In this document: piece by piece, positions 43,374 to 54,033 of the stretch
How the letters are laid out: each line of letters starts with the position of its first letter
Numbering within the stretch: the first letter of the stretch is position 1
Source: an uncultured delta proteobacterium
Lineage (GTDB): Bacteria > Desulfobacterota > Binatia > UBA9968
Assembly: GCA_963804165.1 (NCBI GenBank)
Contig: CAWDPO010000004.1
Coordinates: 1 to 64,000 of the forward strand
Direction of reading: 5' to 3'
DNA: 64,000 nucleotides
Notes under the pieces: generated by a model
Seen by the model: only the letters and a program-made list of their open reading frames with translations
What the model was told of the DNA's origin: nothing
Databases searched by the model: none
Made by a program: the position numbers and the translations under genes

Positions 43374-44065
43374 TTTCGAATCCTAGTTTTTTTCGTTCCT
43401 TCCAATGCCTGGGAGACAATTCTTCTGACTTCCGATTGCTGTTCCTCGATGGAGCGAGTGGCGTCGATAACGACTAGACCAAATTCATCGACCATCTTCT
43501 CATATTCGCCGACAATGCGATCTTGAAAGCAACGAAAACTCTCTTCGATGTCATCGCTCAACTCCAAATCCATACCGGCTTCATAGTACTTGATCGCATC
43601 CCGCCCACCTAAGATTCGCTTCATCGCAACGTCGAGCGACGTGCGGAAATAAAGCGCGACCGTGGGCTTGACGGCGAACGCGTAAAGCTCTCGCACCCAC
43701 TTCGGACTCACACCACGAACCACGTCCCGGGCAAACGCGGTATAAACATAGCGGTCGGCCAGGACAACCGCGCCGGCTTTCAAAGGCGGAATAATATGAT
43801 GCTCGGTTCGATCGGCGAAATCCGTCGCGTGGATCAAACTAAAAGTCATGGGGGTTAGCATTTTCTTCTTCTTGCCGCGCTTTGTGACCTCGTGCACCAG
43901 CGGCGAAGAATTCCACTCACTGAAATAAACCACATAGCCTTCCGACTCGAGCCACTTTTTGAGCAGCATCAGTTGAGTGCTTTTTCCTGAACCATCGATT
44001 CCTTCGACGATAAACAGCCGCCCGGGAAAGCGGTGCTTTCCGTACATTTTCATCCCGCCAGCCAT
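43331..44065 (-). CDS. Thymidylate-kinase-like protein A (intact Walker A)
   Basis: VEGIDGSGKST, SEWNSS, IHATDFADR, ADRYVYT, YYEAGMD; RBS GAAAGGA before the ATG at 44065. Confidence 0.88.
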   Translation of the reverse strand: MAGGMKMYGKHRFPGRLFIVEGIDGSGKSTQLMLLKKWLESEGYVVYFSEWNSSPLVHEVTKRGKKKKMLTPMTFSLIHATDFADRTEHHIIPPLKAGAVVLADRYVYTAFARDVVRGVSPKWVRELYAFAVKPTVALYFRTSLDVAMKRILGGRDAIKYYEAGMDLELSDDIEESFRCFQDRIVGEYEKMVDEFGLVVIDATRSIEEQQSEVRRIVSQALEGTKKTRIRKWLDLASLAKSSRA

Positions 44066-44167
44066 ATTCGTCCTTTCAATGAAACTAGGTGCGCTCACCC
44101 GGAGCATCAGCCGCTGAACTCTAGCAAAGGAACCGTCGACTTGCCTAGGGGGTTCGCTGCCTTGAAT

Positions 44168-44387
44168 GTTAAATCTTTGTTAAGCGGCCAATCTATATAG
44201 CATTCTCCGCTGTAACGTTAACAGTTTCTTAATAGCCGCTTAACTTTGGATTTACTCTCCCTCTTTACTAATACCGTCGAAGTTAAAATGAAAGCCGATC
44301 GGCTCCAATTGCGTAAAATAAGGTCGCGATGCCGCAGTCCTTGCACTAGTTCACACAACGTTAATCGATTCGTAACAATTCCGTAAT
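44168..44387. promoter_or_regulatory. Divergent promoter region with three Pho-box-like arrays
   Basis: Minus strand TTAAC x2 (44168, 44179); plus strand TTAAC/TTAAT/TTAAC/TTTAC (44218-44251) and TTCAC/TTAAT/GTAAC/GTAAT (44350-44383), all with 11-bp period. Confidence 0.75.
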
Positions 44388-44424
44388 AATTGACCATTAA
44401 TACCAGAGAAAAAGGAGAAAATGT

Positions 44425-45414
44425 ATGATTAACGCAATCTTAAGTCTCTTGCTTGTTGCGGCTCTGGGCGCCATACCAAAGCTAGCCACGGCACAGATCA
44501 TTCAAATCGACGGCTCAAGTACAGTATTTCCGGTTACTGAGGCGGTAGCGGAGGAGTTTCAAAAATCAAAGAAGGGCAAGGTCAAAGTAACCGTGGGTAT
44601 CGCCGGCACTGGCGGCGGCTTTAAGAAGTTCTGCCGCGGTGAGACCGATATCAGCAACGCATCTCGGCCAATTCTCAAAGCGGAGATCGAGACCTGTAAG
44701 CAGAGCAGTGTGCAATTTTTCGAGTTGCCGGTTGCCTATGACGCTCTGACGGTGATCGTGAATCCGAAGAACGATTGGGTAAAAGCCCTGACCGTGCCGG
44801 ATTTAAAGAAGATGTGGGAACCGGGAGCGCAGGGCAAAATCACAAGCTGGAACCAAGTACGCTCGGAATGGCCAAGCAACCCGCTGAAGCTGTTCGGACC
44901 CGGCGCTGACTCGGGGACATTTGACTATTTTACCGAAGCTATCGTGGGCAAGGCAAAATCGAGCCGTGGTGATTTCACGGCCAGTGAAGATGACAACGTT
45001 CTGGTGCAAGGCGTCGCCAATGACCGCAATGCTTTGGGTTATTTTGGATTTGCTTACTACACGGAGAACCAGGGCAAGTTAAAAGCCGCCTCGATTGATA
45101 ACGGCAAGGGCCCGGTACTGCCTTCGGCCAAAACCGTAGAAGACGGCACCTACCAGCCGCTTTCGCGCCCTATTTTTATTTACGTGAGCAAGAAGTCTTA
45201 CGATACTAAGCCTGAGGTCAAAGAGTTTGTCGAATATTACCTCAAACAAGGGCCCCAGCTGATCAGACAGGTCAAGTATGTGCCGCTGCCCCAGTCGGCC
45301 TACAGCATGAGCATGGATCACATGAAAAAGGGCAAGGTTGGAACCGTTTTCGGTGGCGAAGCAGAAGTTGGCGTCAAGATCGAGGATCTGCTTAAACGGG
45401 AAGCCAAGTTCTAG
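44425..45414 (+). CDS. pstS: Phosphate ABC transporter substrate-binding protein
   Basis: [38 protein letters not shown]. Confidence 0.97.
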   Translation: MINAILSLLLVAALGAIPKLATAQIIQIDGSSTVFPVTEAVAEEFQKSKKGKVKVTVGIAGTGGGFKKFCRGETDISNASRPILKAEIETCKQSSVQFFELPVAYDALTVIVNPKNDWVKALTVPDLKKMWEPGAQGKITSWNQVRSEWPSNPLKLFGPGADSGTFDYFTEAIVGKAKSSRGDFTASEDDNVLVQGVANDRNALGYFGFAYYTENQGKLKAASIDNGKGPVLPSAKTVEDGTYQPLSRPIFIYVSKKSYDTKPEVKEFVEYYLKQGPQLIRQVKYVPLPQSAYSMSMDHMKKGKVGTVFGGEAEVGVKIEDLLKREAKF

Positions 45415-45429
45415 CTGTTCGATACTCGG

Positions 45430-45460
45430 CGAGACGGAGCGTCCCAGACGCTCCGTCTCG
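45430..45460 (+). terminator. Intercistronic hairpin after pstS (attenuator or mRNA stabiliser)
   Basis: CGAGACGGAGCGTC-CCA-GACGCTCCGTCTCG followed by TTT. Confidence 0.7.
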
Positions 45461-45509
45461 TTTATGTGGAGTCCCTTAGTTTTTTGAAGAAGCATCGAAG
45501 GAAACACAC

Positions 45510-46459
45510 GTGGAAACAGATCAAGCCAACGCCGCTTATCTCGCCCTACAAAGCCAAGTCAAAGGCAGGGCTTCCGGCGTAACACTCCGAAAAATTCGCG
45601 AGCGCGCCATCGAGTTCACCATGTTTCTCTGCGCTCTTTTTCGGTCGCGATCACCGGGGGCATCGTCTGGGTCTTGGTCTACGAGTCCTGGCATTTTTTT
45701 GAAACTGTATCGATCATTGATTTTCTCACCGACACTCAATGGACGGTTTTGTTCGAGAACCCCCACTACGGCATCATGCCATTGGTGACCGGAACCCTCG
45801 TGACCTCGGGCGTCGCTCTGCTGGTGGCGTTCCCGCTGGGAACTACCATTGCCATCTATTTAAGTGAATACGCCAACACCACGGTTCGTGAAATCTTGAA
45901 GCCGATCCTGGAGTTATTGAGCGCCGTGCCGACGGTGGTTTTCGGCTACTTTGCGCTGCTGTTTATCACACCCATGCTGCAGAATGTCCTGCCAGATCTG
46001 CCAGGCTTTAACATGTTGAGCGCCGGCATCGTCATTGGCATCATGATTATCCCCTATATCAGTTCCCTCAGTGAAGACGCGATGAAGGCCGTGCCGGTGC
46101 ACATCCGCGAAGGATCCTATGCGATGGGAGCGACTCGCCTGCAGACGGCGCTTCGCGTGCTCATTCCCGCGGCGTTCTCCGGAATCGCTTCCGCCTACGT
46201 CCTCGGATTTTCTCGCGCCGTGGGTGAAACCATGGTGGTTGCCGTTGCCGCGGGTACTCAACCCAATCTGACGCTGAATCCGATGGAAGGAGCCGCCACG
46301 ATCACCGCCTACATCGTGCAAGTGAGCTTGGGCGATCTGCCCCACGGCAGCGTCGCCTATCAGAGTATTTTTGCCGCTGGCTTGACGCTGATGTGCATGA
46401 CGTTGATTTTTAACATCGCCGGCTACTTACTCCGAAAGCGCTTCCGGGAGATTTACTGA
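45510..46459 (+). CDS. pstC: Phosphate ABC transporter permease, frameshift near 45635
   Basis: [38 protein letters not shown]. Confidence 0.93.
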
Positions 46460-46460
46460 T

Positions 46461-47384
46461 ATGCAGCAGCCCTCTCAATCCGAAATTGAAAAGAGCGTCG
46501 CGACCAACAAAAATCGCGACAAGCTGTTTGCCGTGCTCGGTTTGCTCGCGACTTTCGTCGGCATGCTAACCCTGGCAGCCTTGCTTGCCGACCTAGCTAT
46601 AGACGGATTGGCGCGTCTGCAGCCACACTTCTTTACGTCGTTTCCATCGCGTTTTGCCGGCCAAGCAGGGATTCTATCCTCTTGGGTAGGTACGATTCTC
46701 GTCATGATCGTCACTGCTCTGACGGCGGTCCCAATGGGCGTGGCCGCGGGCGTTTATCTTGAGGAATACGCACCCAAAAACTGGTTCACCGCGATCATCG
46801 AGATCAATATCGCGAACCTGGCTGGGGTGCCGTCCATTGTATATGGCTTGATGGCGCTTGGGTTGTTCGTCTACCAGTTCAGATTCGGACAGAGCATACT
46901 TTCGGCCGGGCTCACGCTAGCGCTGTTGATTTTACCAATTGTCATCGTCTCCACTCGCGAGTCCCTCCGCGCCGTTCCCGGAAGCATGAGAGAAGCGGCT
47001 TATGCCCTGGGCGCGACGAAATGGCAAACCACCAGCGATCACGTCTTGCCCTACTCCATGGGTGGTATCTTGACCGGTGTCATTATCGGCCTCTCGCGCG
47101 CCATCGGTGAAACCGCGCCCTTGATTACGATCGGCGCCCTTACTTTTATCGCATTTCTGCCGGACTCTCCGATCAAGGGAGAATTTCCCTTTATCTCCTT
47201 CGACTGGATTTGGTCGCCCTATTCCGTGATGCCGATTCAAATGTTCAACTGGGTGTCGCGGCCGCAAGCCGAATTCCACCTCAATGCCGCCGCCACGGGC
47301 TTAGTGCTGATGGTCATGACCTTGGCGATGAACGGCATTGCGATTTATTTTCGCTACCGCTTCCGTAAACGCATCAAATGGTAG
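46461..47384 (+). CDS. pstA: Phosphate ABC transporter permease
   Basis: [40 protein letters not shown]. Confidence 0.96.
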   Translation: MQQPSQSEIEKSVATNKNRDKLFAVLGLLATFVGMLTLAALLADLAIDGLARLQPHFFTSFPSRFAGQAGILSSWVGTILVMIVTALTAVPMGVAAGVYLEEYAPKNWFTAIIEINIANLAGVPSIVYGLMALGLFVYQFRFGQSILSAGLTLALLILPIVIVSTRESLRAVPGSMREAAYALGATKWQTTSDHVLPYSMGGILTGVIIGLSRAIGETAPLITIGALTFIAFLPDSPIKGEFPFISFDWIWSPYSVMPIQMFNWVSRPQAEFHLNAAATGLVLMVMTLAMNGIAIYFRYRFRKRIKW

Positions 47385-47396
47385 TCCGGAGGCCCA

Positions 47397-48275
47397 ATGA
47401 CAAATACATCCGATGGAGGTAAGATGAGCGTCCAAGAACCAACGGAAACCGTAACAGGGACCCGGCCTTCAATGAAAGCGATGGACACCTCGGTGATGAA
47501 TGCTAACTCCGGCGAGCTGGTCAACAATATTTTCAGCGTTGAAAACGTCAATTTCTACTATGGCGATAAACACGCTCTTAAATCCATCAACTTGGAGATC
47601 GGCGAAAAAAAAGCGACGGCTTTTATCGGCCCTTCCGGTTGCGGCAAGACCACCCTGCTGCGCTGCTTGAATCGCATGAACGACCTGGTTTTGAATACCC
47701 GCGTCACGGGGCAGATCAAGCTCGACGGCAAAAACATCTACGACCCGGCCATGGACGTCATCAATCTCAGGCGTCGCGTCGGCATGATTTTTCAAAAATG
47801 GAATCCTTTTCCCAAGAGCATTTACGAGAATATCGTTTACGGGTTGCGCATCGTCGGTGTCAACAACCGCGCCTACCTCGATGAAGTTGTCGAAAAGAGC
47901 TTGCGGCGCGCGGCTCTATGGGATGAAGTCAAAGACAGCTTGCACAAGAGCGCGGCGGATCTGTCCGGTGGACAACAGCAAAGACTTTGCATCGCCCGCG
48001 CCCTGGCTGTGGAACCGGACGTGTTGCTGATGGACGAGCCCTGTTCCGCGCTCGATCCAATTTCCACGGCCAAGATCGAGGAGCTGATTCACGAGCTCAA
48101 GGATACCTTCACCATCGTTATCGTCACGCACAACATGCAACAGGCGGCTCGTTGCGCGGATCGCACTGCGTTTTTTTATCTCGGCGAGTTGATTGAGTTT
48201 GGCGAGACCGGGACGCTGTTCACGACACCGCAAAAACGCCAGACTGAAGACTATATTACCGGCCGGTTCGGCTAA
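47397..48275 (+). CDS. pstB: Phosphate ABC transporter ATPase
   Basis: [38 protein letters not shown]. Confidence 0.97.
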   Translation: MTNTSDGGKMSVQEPTETVTGTRPSMKAMDTSVMNANSGELVNNIFSVENVNFYYGDKHALKSINLEIGEKKATAFIGPSGCGKTTLLRCLNRMNDLVLNTRVTGQIKLDGKNIYDPAMDVINLRRRVGMIFQKWNPFPKSIYENIVYGLRIVGVNNRAYLDEVVEKSLRRAALWDEVKDSLHKSAADLSGGQQQRLCIARALAVEPDVLLMDEPCSALDPISTAKIEELIHELKDTFTIVIVTHNMQQAARCADRTAFFYLGELIEFGETGTLFTTPQKRQTEDYITGRFG

Positions 48276-48285
48276 GAGGTGCCAG

Positions 48286-48972
48286 ATGAACTCGGAACAT
48301 ACCGACAAGAAGTACGAAGAAGAATTGAAAAGGCTCCGTGAGGAGATTCTTTATATGGGCGGGCTCGTCGAGGATCAAATCCAAAAAGCCGTGAAGTCTC
48401 TGGTCGACCGAGATTCCCAGTCGGCCAACATTATCATCGAGCGCGACCACGAAGTGAATCGCTTGGACGTGGAAATCGACGAGCTGTGCATTCGTCTGCT
48501 GGCCCTGCATCAACCGGCGGGAAGGGACCTGCGCTTCATCACGACGGGACTCAAGATTACGACGGACCTCGAACGGATCGGCGATATGGCCGTGAATACC
48601 TGCGAGCGCGCCCTGGAGCTCAACCAGGAGCCGCAGCTCAAACCTTACATCGATATCCCGCGCATGGCGCGCATCGCCCAGCGGATGATTCGCGAAAGTC
48701 TTGATGCTTTCGTACGCGAGGATACGGATCTCGCGCTCAAGGTTTGCAAGGATGACGAGGAGATCGATCAGCTCAACAGCCAGATCTTTCGCGAAGTCAT
48801 CAGTTTCATGATCGAGGACCCGCACACCGTAAGCCGCGCGATGAAGATCAGCTCGATTTCGAAGTACCTCGAGCGGATTGCCGATCACGCGACGAATATC
48901 GCGGAGATGGTCATCTTCATGGTCAAGGGCAAAAGCATCCGTCACATGAAAGAATTGCCGCCGTCAATTTAG
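48286..48972 (+). CDS. phoU: Phosphate signalling protein PhoU
   Basis: QPAGRDLR, DLERIGD, LERIADHATNIAE. Confidence 0.96.
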   Translation: MNSEHTDKKYEEELKRLREEILYMGGLVEDQIQKAVKSLVDRDSQSANIIIERDHEVNRLDVEIDELCIRLLALHQPAGRDLRFITTGLKITTDLERIGDMAVNTCERALELNQEPQLKPYIDIPRMARIAQRMIRESLDAFVREDTDLALKVCKDDEEIDQLNSQIFREVISFMIEDPHTVSRAMKISSISKYLERIADHATNIAEMVIFMVKGKSIRHMKELPPSI

Positions 48973-48982
48973 CTAGGGGAAA

Positions 48983-49702
48983 TTGGTGAAAACCGGACAA
49001 AAAATTCTGATCGTCGAAGACGAGCCCGATATCCGCAAGCTGGTCAGCTACAACCTGGTACAAGAGCGCTTTCGGGTTTTGGAAGCGGAAGACGGCGAGC
49101 AAGGGTTAAGGATAGTACAGCGGGACAAACCGGATCTGGTCATTTTGGATCTCATGCTGCCCGGGTTGTCCGGCATGGAACTGTGTAAGATACTTCGCGA
49201 ACGTTCAGAAACCGAAAGACTGCCCGTGCTCATGCTTACCGCCAAAGCCGGCGAAGCCGATCGCATTGTCGGGCTTGAAATGGGCGCCGACGACTACCTG
49301 GCAAAACCTTTCAGTCCGCGCGAACTCGTCGCACGGGTGCGGGCCATCCTGCGCCGGGTGGAAAGCGCCAAGCAAACGGACACCGCGCCGACCTACGATA
49401 GAGGCGGTCTCAAAATCGATTACAGCACTTATGAAGTCTTCGCCCGCGGACACAATGTCAGGCTCACATTGAAGGAGTTTGAGCTTCTGCGCTTTTTGGT
49501 TCAAAATCCCAACCGGGTGCTCAGCCGGGATCAATTGCTCGATCGAGTATGGGGCGGGGAAACGTACGTGACGCCGCGTACGGTCGACGTGCACATTCGC
49601 CGCCTGCGAAAGGCGATCGAGAAGGACGATAGCAAACCGAAATGGATCTTAACGCTGCGAGGTGTCGGCTATAAATTCGATGAAAAGGCTTTGGAACAGT
49701 AG
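48983..49702 (+). CDS. phoB: OmpR-family response regulator PhoB
   Basis: IVEDE, LDLMLP, GADDYLAKPF, RTVDVHIRRLR; located in the pst operon. Confidence 0.92.
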   Translation: MVKTGQKILIVEDEPDIRKLVSYNLVQERFRVLEAEDGEQGLRIVQRDKPDLVILDLMLPGLSGMELCKILRERSETERLPVLMLTAKAGEADRIVGLEMGADDYLAKPFSPRELVARVRAILRRVESAKQTDTAPTYDRGGLKIDYSTYEVFARGHNVRLTLKEFELLRFLVQNPNRVLSRDQLLDRVWGGETYVTPRTVDVHIRRLRKAIEKDDSKPKWILTLRGVGYKFDEKALEQ

Positions 49703-51530
49703 CCTCGTCACCCGGGTTTTTCTTTCGTATCTTGCCGTCGTCGTACTGCTATTTGCCTGCTTCTACATCTATTCCAGCGCTGAGCTAAGAAAACTGCAAA
49801 TCGCCGCCGTCAGCGAGCGTATCGGGCAACAGGCGCGCTTCCTCTCGCGCGTCCTGCCCGTCGGAGAAGAAGGCCCGGCTCTCGACACACTGTGCCGACA
49901 GTTGGGCAACGACCTCGGCACGCGCATCACCGTGATAGCCCCAGACGGCAAGGTGCTCGGCGACTCGGCCGAACCTTCCCTAAAAATGGAGAATCATGCC
50001 GGCCGTCCTGAAATCATCGAAGCCGTGAAGCGGGGCTCCGGGAGCGCCACGCGCTACAGCACCACCGTGAGTCATGAGATGGTCTATCACGCCTTTTACC
50101 AAACCGGCGCAGGTACACAGCGCATCGTGCGCGTCGCAAAACCTCTCACCGATGTAGAAAGCGCCATTCAACCGATTCGCTGGTCCATCGTGAGCGGCTT
50201 TTTTCTCGCGTCCGGTTTTGGTTTGCTCTTGGCGTGGTTCTTCTCCGGCCAGCTCAGCCGACGCTTTCGCCGTTTGGAGCAGTTTGCCGATCAGGTCGCG
50301 CAAGGATCATTCCCGCAGAATTTTTTTCCGAACCGCGCGCGCGATGAGATATCCGTTCTCGAGCAGCGTTTGAATGACATGAGCGCTCGAATCCGCGACA
50401 ATTTGCAGCAGGTCATCGCAGAAAAAGAAAAATCGGATTCGATATTGCGCTGCATGATCGAAGGGGTTTTGGTGCTCGATCCCAAGGGCAATGTTCTGGT
50501 GATGAATGAGCAGGCCAAAGCGATGTTTCAAGTGCCGCAAGGAAGAGAGATTTCCGGCGTCTCGATGTTGGAAATTTCGCGCCATCCCGAAGTCCACCGC
50601 ATTCTAGAAGACGTATTGGCTTTTGATTTTTCCGACGCCCGCTACTCGAAAGAAGTCGAGCTCGACGACGAGCGCTGGTTTCGCGTCAACGCCGTAAGAC
50701 TCCGCAGTCCCCAGGGCCAGTCCCTCGGTTCGATTCTGGTATTTCACGATGTGACCGACATCCGGCGCTTTGAGTCGATGCGCTCCGATTTCGTGGCGAA
50801 CGTATCACATGAACTGCGCACCCCGCTCACCGCTATTCGCGGTTATGTCGAGACTTTACTGGAAACACCGCCCTCGAACCCGGACGATAGCCGGCAATTT
50901 CTCGAAATCATTGACCGCCACTCGGAGCGGTTGAGCCGCCTCACCGAAGACTTACTGACTCTCTCCGACCTCGAATCAGGCAACATCCGACTCGCGCTTC
51001 AGCCGCTGGATGCGAACCACCTGATTCAACGGGTCCTGGAAATATTCTGGGATCGCGCCGCTAAGAAAGACGTCCGTCTCATGCATCGCGTCGCAGCCGA
51101 TGTGCCGAAACTCCACGGCGATGTCGACCGCCTACAACAGCTTTTTATCAACCTCGTCGACAATGCGATCAAATACACGCCGGCTGGCGGCACCATCACC
51201 CTGACGGCAACTCCGAACGTCGTGACCAACGGTTCGGCGCGCCAAGTCGAAATCGCCGTAAGCGACACCGGCCCGGGCATTCCGGAAAAGGATTTACCCC
51301 GGCTCACCGAACGGTTTTATAGAGTTGACAAAACGCGCTCCCGCGATCTCGGCGGCACCGGACTCGGTTTGGCAATCGTTAAGCACATCGTGCAAGCGCA
51401 TAAAGGCGAGTTAAAGATTGAAAGCGAGATCAATAAAGGCACCATCGTGCGGGTTCGCCTACCGGAAGCTCAATCGAATGGCCACCGAGCCCAAGGAGCT
51501 GAACCCTCTGAAGGTGCGGGTCATGCGTGA
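49680..51530 (+). CDS. phoR: Sensor histidine kinase PhoR (HAMP-PAS-HisKA-HATPase)
   Basis: NHAGRPEI, DFVANVSHELRTPLT, NLVDNAIKY, DTGPGI, GGTGLGLAIVKH. Confidence 0.93.
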   Translation: MKRLWNSSLVTRVFLSYLAVVVLLFACFYIYSSAELRKLQIAAVSERIGQQARFLSRVLPVGEEGPALDTLCRQLGNDLGTRITVIAPDGKVLGDSAEPSLKMENHAGRPEIIEAVKRGSGSATRYSTTVSHEMVYHAFYQTGAGTQRIVRVAKPLTDVESAIQPIRWSIVSGFFLASGFGLLLAWFFSGQLSRRFRRLEQFADQVAQGSFPQNFFPNRARDEISVLEQRLNDMSARIRDNLQQVIAEKEKSDSILRCMIEGVLVLDPKGNVLVMNEQAKAMFQVPQGREISGVSMLEISRHPEVHRILEDVLAFDFSDARYSKEVELDDERWFRVNAVRLRSPQGQSLGSILVFHDVTDIRRFESMRSDFVANVSHELRTPLTAIRGYVETLLETPPSNPDDSRQFLEIIDRHSERLSRLTEDLLTLSDLESGNIRLALQPLDANHLIQRVLEIFWDRAAKKDVRLMHRVAADVPKLHGDVDRLQQLFINLVDNAIKYTPAGGTITLTATPNVVTNGSARQVEIAVSDTGPGIPEKDLPRLTERFYRVDKTRSRDLGGTGLGLAIVKHIVQAHKGELKIESEINKGTIVRVRLPEAQSNGHRAQGAEPSEGAGHA

Positions 51531-51651
51531 AGCCGGGAGCGAGGAAGAAGTCTTGGCGGCCTTTCGCCACGTTCGAGACGAAATTCGTTCGCGTGTCCGG
51601 CAACTTTTCGCGAGCAACACCGTTAAGCCCTTACGGTCGAAACGCTCGTAA
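51484..51651 (+). pseudogene. Internally deleted ArsC/LMW-PTP relic at the phoR 3' end
   Basis: TEPKELNPLKVRVMREAG joined directly to SEEEVLAAFRHVRDEIRSRV; both are ArsC-type segments. Confidence 0.65.
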
Positions 51652-51685
51652 CATTTCCGCAACATTTTCGTAACATTGCATTGAC
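51648..51685 (+). promoter_or_regulatory. Pho-box-like repeats upstream of DUF47-pit
   Basis: GTAAC/GCAAC/GTAAC/TTGAC at 51648, 51659, 51670 and 51681. Confidence 0.7.
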
Positions 51686-51741
51686 AACGGCTTTGCCTGC
51701 CTGTTAATTACAAGCCTGCTTTATCACGAAAGGCGGCTTAC

Positions 51742-52356
51742 TTGTTTAACTTTGTTCCGCATAAAGAAAAGTTTTTCGATCTTTTCAAAGAGTCGGCGCA
51801 AAACGCGCTCGCCGGCGCCCAGGCCCTCAAGGAAATGCTCGATCATTATGACCACCCCCAGGAGTCATGGAAAAAGTTGAAGGACCTCGAACACGAGGGC
51901 GACCGGATCACTCACCGTACCATCCGCAGCTTGAACCAAACTTTTTTGACTCCTATCGATGCCGAAGACATCCACGCCCTCACCACTGCGCTCGACAACG
52001 TCATGGACGCCATCGAGGCGGCCGCGGCGCGCATGGTCCTGTTTAGAATCGAGAGCCCGACCCCAGAAGCCAAGGAGCTATGCGAGACCATCGTGACATC
52101 CACCGAGCAGCTAGTGAAGGCCGTGTCGCATATGCCGCGCCTGGATGACATCGACGAGTACTGCATCGAGATCAATCGTCTCGAAAACACCGCCGACGAT
52201 ATCTACCGTAAGGCCATCAGCTGTTTGTTTGAAAACGGCACTTCGCCGATGGACGTGATCAAGTGGTTGGATATCTACGAGATACTGGAATCGGCCACCG
52301 ACCGGTGCGAGGATGTCGCCAACATCCTTGAAACCATCGGCTTGAAAAACTCCTGA
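51742..52356 (+). CDS. DUF47 Pit-accessory protein (PhoU-like)
   Basis: LEHEGDRITH, TFLTPIDAEDI, LENTAD, LESATDRCEDVA. Confidence 0.93.
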   Translation: MFNFVPHKEKFFDLFKESAQNALAGAQALKEMLDHYDHPQESWKKLKDLEHEGDRITHRTIRSLNQTFLTPIDAEDIHALTTALDNVMDAIEAAAARMVLFRIESPTPEAKELCETIVTSTEQLVKAVSHMPRLDDIDEYCIEINRLENTADDIYRKAISCLFENGTSPMDVIKWLDIYEILESATDRCEDVANILETIGLKNS

Positions 52357-52373
52357 CCTTCACCTTCGTCTTC

Positions 52374-53372
52374 ATGCTCGACGGCAACCTTCTCCTCTAC
52401 TGCGTTTTCGCGCTTATCCTGGCCGCCGAGTTCGTCAACGGTTGGACCGATTCGCCGAATGCCATCGCGACGGTGGTCTCGACTCGCGTCTTATCGCCGT
52501 ATCAGGCGGTGATTATGGCGACCGTGCTCAACGCCATCGGCGCAATGTCGGGCACCGCTGTTGCCGCAACCATCGGCAAAGATATCGTGCGACCGGATGT
52601 CATCAATCTGACTACTGTAGCCGCGGCGATGATCGGAATTATCTTTTGGAGCACACTGGCATGGTATTGGGGTTTGCCCACGAGCGAGAGTCATGCCCTG
52701 ATCGCGGGCCTCACCGGCGCCGGCTTGGCTACCGCCGGCCCGGAAAGTTTACTCTGGACCGGTTGGAGCAAAGTACTGATCGGTCTCGTGTTTTCCACTT
52801 TCTTGGGTTTCTTCGGTGGTTTGTTTTTGATGGCGCTGCTTTACCGAATGCTAGCCAACAGCAGGCCAGGAACGGTGCGCCGGGTTTTCGGCCGTCTACA
52901 GATTCTGTCCGCCGCCTTCATGGCATTTAGCCATGGCTCCAATGACGGACAAAAATTTATCGGCGTGTTCACTCTGTCGCTTCTATTAGGCGGAATTTTG
53001 CCCAGCTTCCAGGTCCCGATGTGGGTCATTCTTCTGTGCGCCTTGACTATGGGACTCGGCACGGCGGTCGGCGGTTGGCGCATCGTAAAAACCATGGGGC
53101 TCCGACTCACGAAACTCGAACCCGTTCACGGCTTCGCGGCCGAAACCGCAGCCGCCTTGACCATCGAGCTCGCGACACGATTGGGCATCCCCCTGAGTAC
53201 CACCCACACGATTAACACCGCCATTGTCGGCGTGGGCGCCACGAGACGGTTTTCCGCGGTTCGTTGGGGAGTGACGCTTGAAATAGTAACCGCGTGGATT
53301 CTCACCTTTCCGGTGTGCGGTTTGATCGGTTGGGGGGCAGCAAAGATTCTTTTGATGCTGACTTCTGCTTAG
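52374..53372 (+). CDS. pit: Inorganic phosphate transporter (PiT family)
   Basis: NGWTDSPNAIATVVSTR, GLPTSESHAL, SHGSNDGQK, GIPLSTTH. Confidence 0.95.
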   Translation: MLDGNLLLYCVFALILAAEFVNGWTDSPNAIATVVSTRVLSPYQAVIMATVLNAIGAMSGTAVAATIGKDIVRPDVINLTTVAAAMIGIIFWSTLAWYWGLPTSESHALIAGLTGAGLATAGPESLLWTGWSKVLIGLVFSTFLGFFGGLFLMALLYRMLANSRPGTVRRVFGRLQILSAAFMAFSHGSNDGQKFIGVFTLSLLLGGILPSFQVPMWVILLCALTMGLGTAVGGWRIVKTMGLRLTKLEPVHGFAAETAAALTIELATRLGIPLSTTHTINTAIVGVGATRRFSAVRWGVTLEIVTAWILTFPVCGLIGWGAAKILLMLTSA

Positions 53373-53412
53373 CTCCCATCGCCGGCCTGAAGGGAAAGAG
53401 CAGTTTATCTAA

Positions 53413-54033
53413 TTAAATCTCCCGCCTGCCTTCCAGTGCTTTCCCTAGTGTGACGGCATCCGTATACTCAAGATCTCCCCCCATCGGCAGGCCGCGGGCG
53501 ATCCGCGTGACCGACACCCCCATCGGCTTAATCACCTTCGAAAGGTAAAGCGCCGTGGCTTCGCCGTCCATGGTCGGATTGGTCGCCACAATAACCTCTC
53601 GGACAGCGCCGTCGCGCAAGCGTTCCAGCAATTCTTTTATGCGTAACGCGTCCGGCCCCACGCCATCCAGCGGCGAAATCGTTCCGTGCAATACATGATA
53701 GCTGCCGCGAAACTCTTGTGACTTCTCCACGGCGATCAAATCCGCCGGTTCTTCCACGACACAAATCTTGTCTAGTTCGCGTTTCGGATTGCGGCAGACT
53801 TCACACAGCGCGCCATCCTCATTTCGCCCATTCACTTCGCTAAAGCCGAAACAACGTTGACATAAGCCCATTTCCTGGCGCAGTTTACCGATACTCTCGG
53901 CAAGACGCAAAATTTCATCCCGATTGGACTTCAACATGTGAAAGGCCAAGCGTGCCGCGGTTTTTTCTCCAATGCCGGGAAGCTTAGACAATTCCTGGAC
54001 CAGACGAGCAAGCGGAGCGGGATACAAACTCAT
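53413..54033 (-). CDS. recR: Recombination mediator RecR
   Basis: LPGIGEKTA, C4 zinc finger, ICVVE, YHVLHG, ATNPTMDGEATA. Confidence 0.97.
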   Translation of the reverse strand: MSLYPAPLARLVQELSKLPGIGEKTAARLAFHMLKSNRDEILRLAESIGKLRQEMGLCQRCFGFSEVNGRNEDGALCEVCRNPKRELDKICVVEEPADLIAVEKSQEFRGSYHVLHGTISPLDGVGPDALRIKELLERLRDGAVREVIVATNPTMDGEATALYLSKVIKPMGVSVTRIARGLPMGGDLEYTDAVTLGKALEGRREI

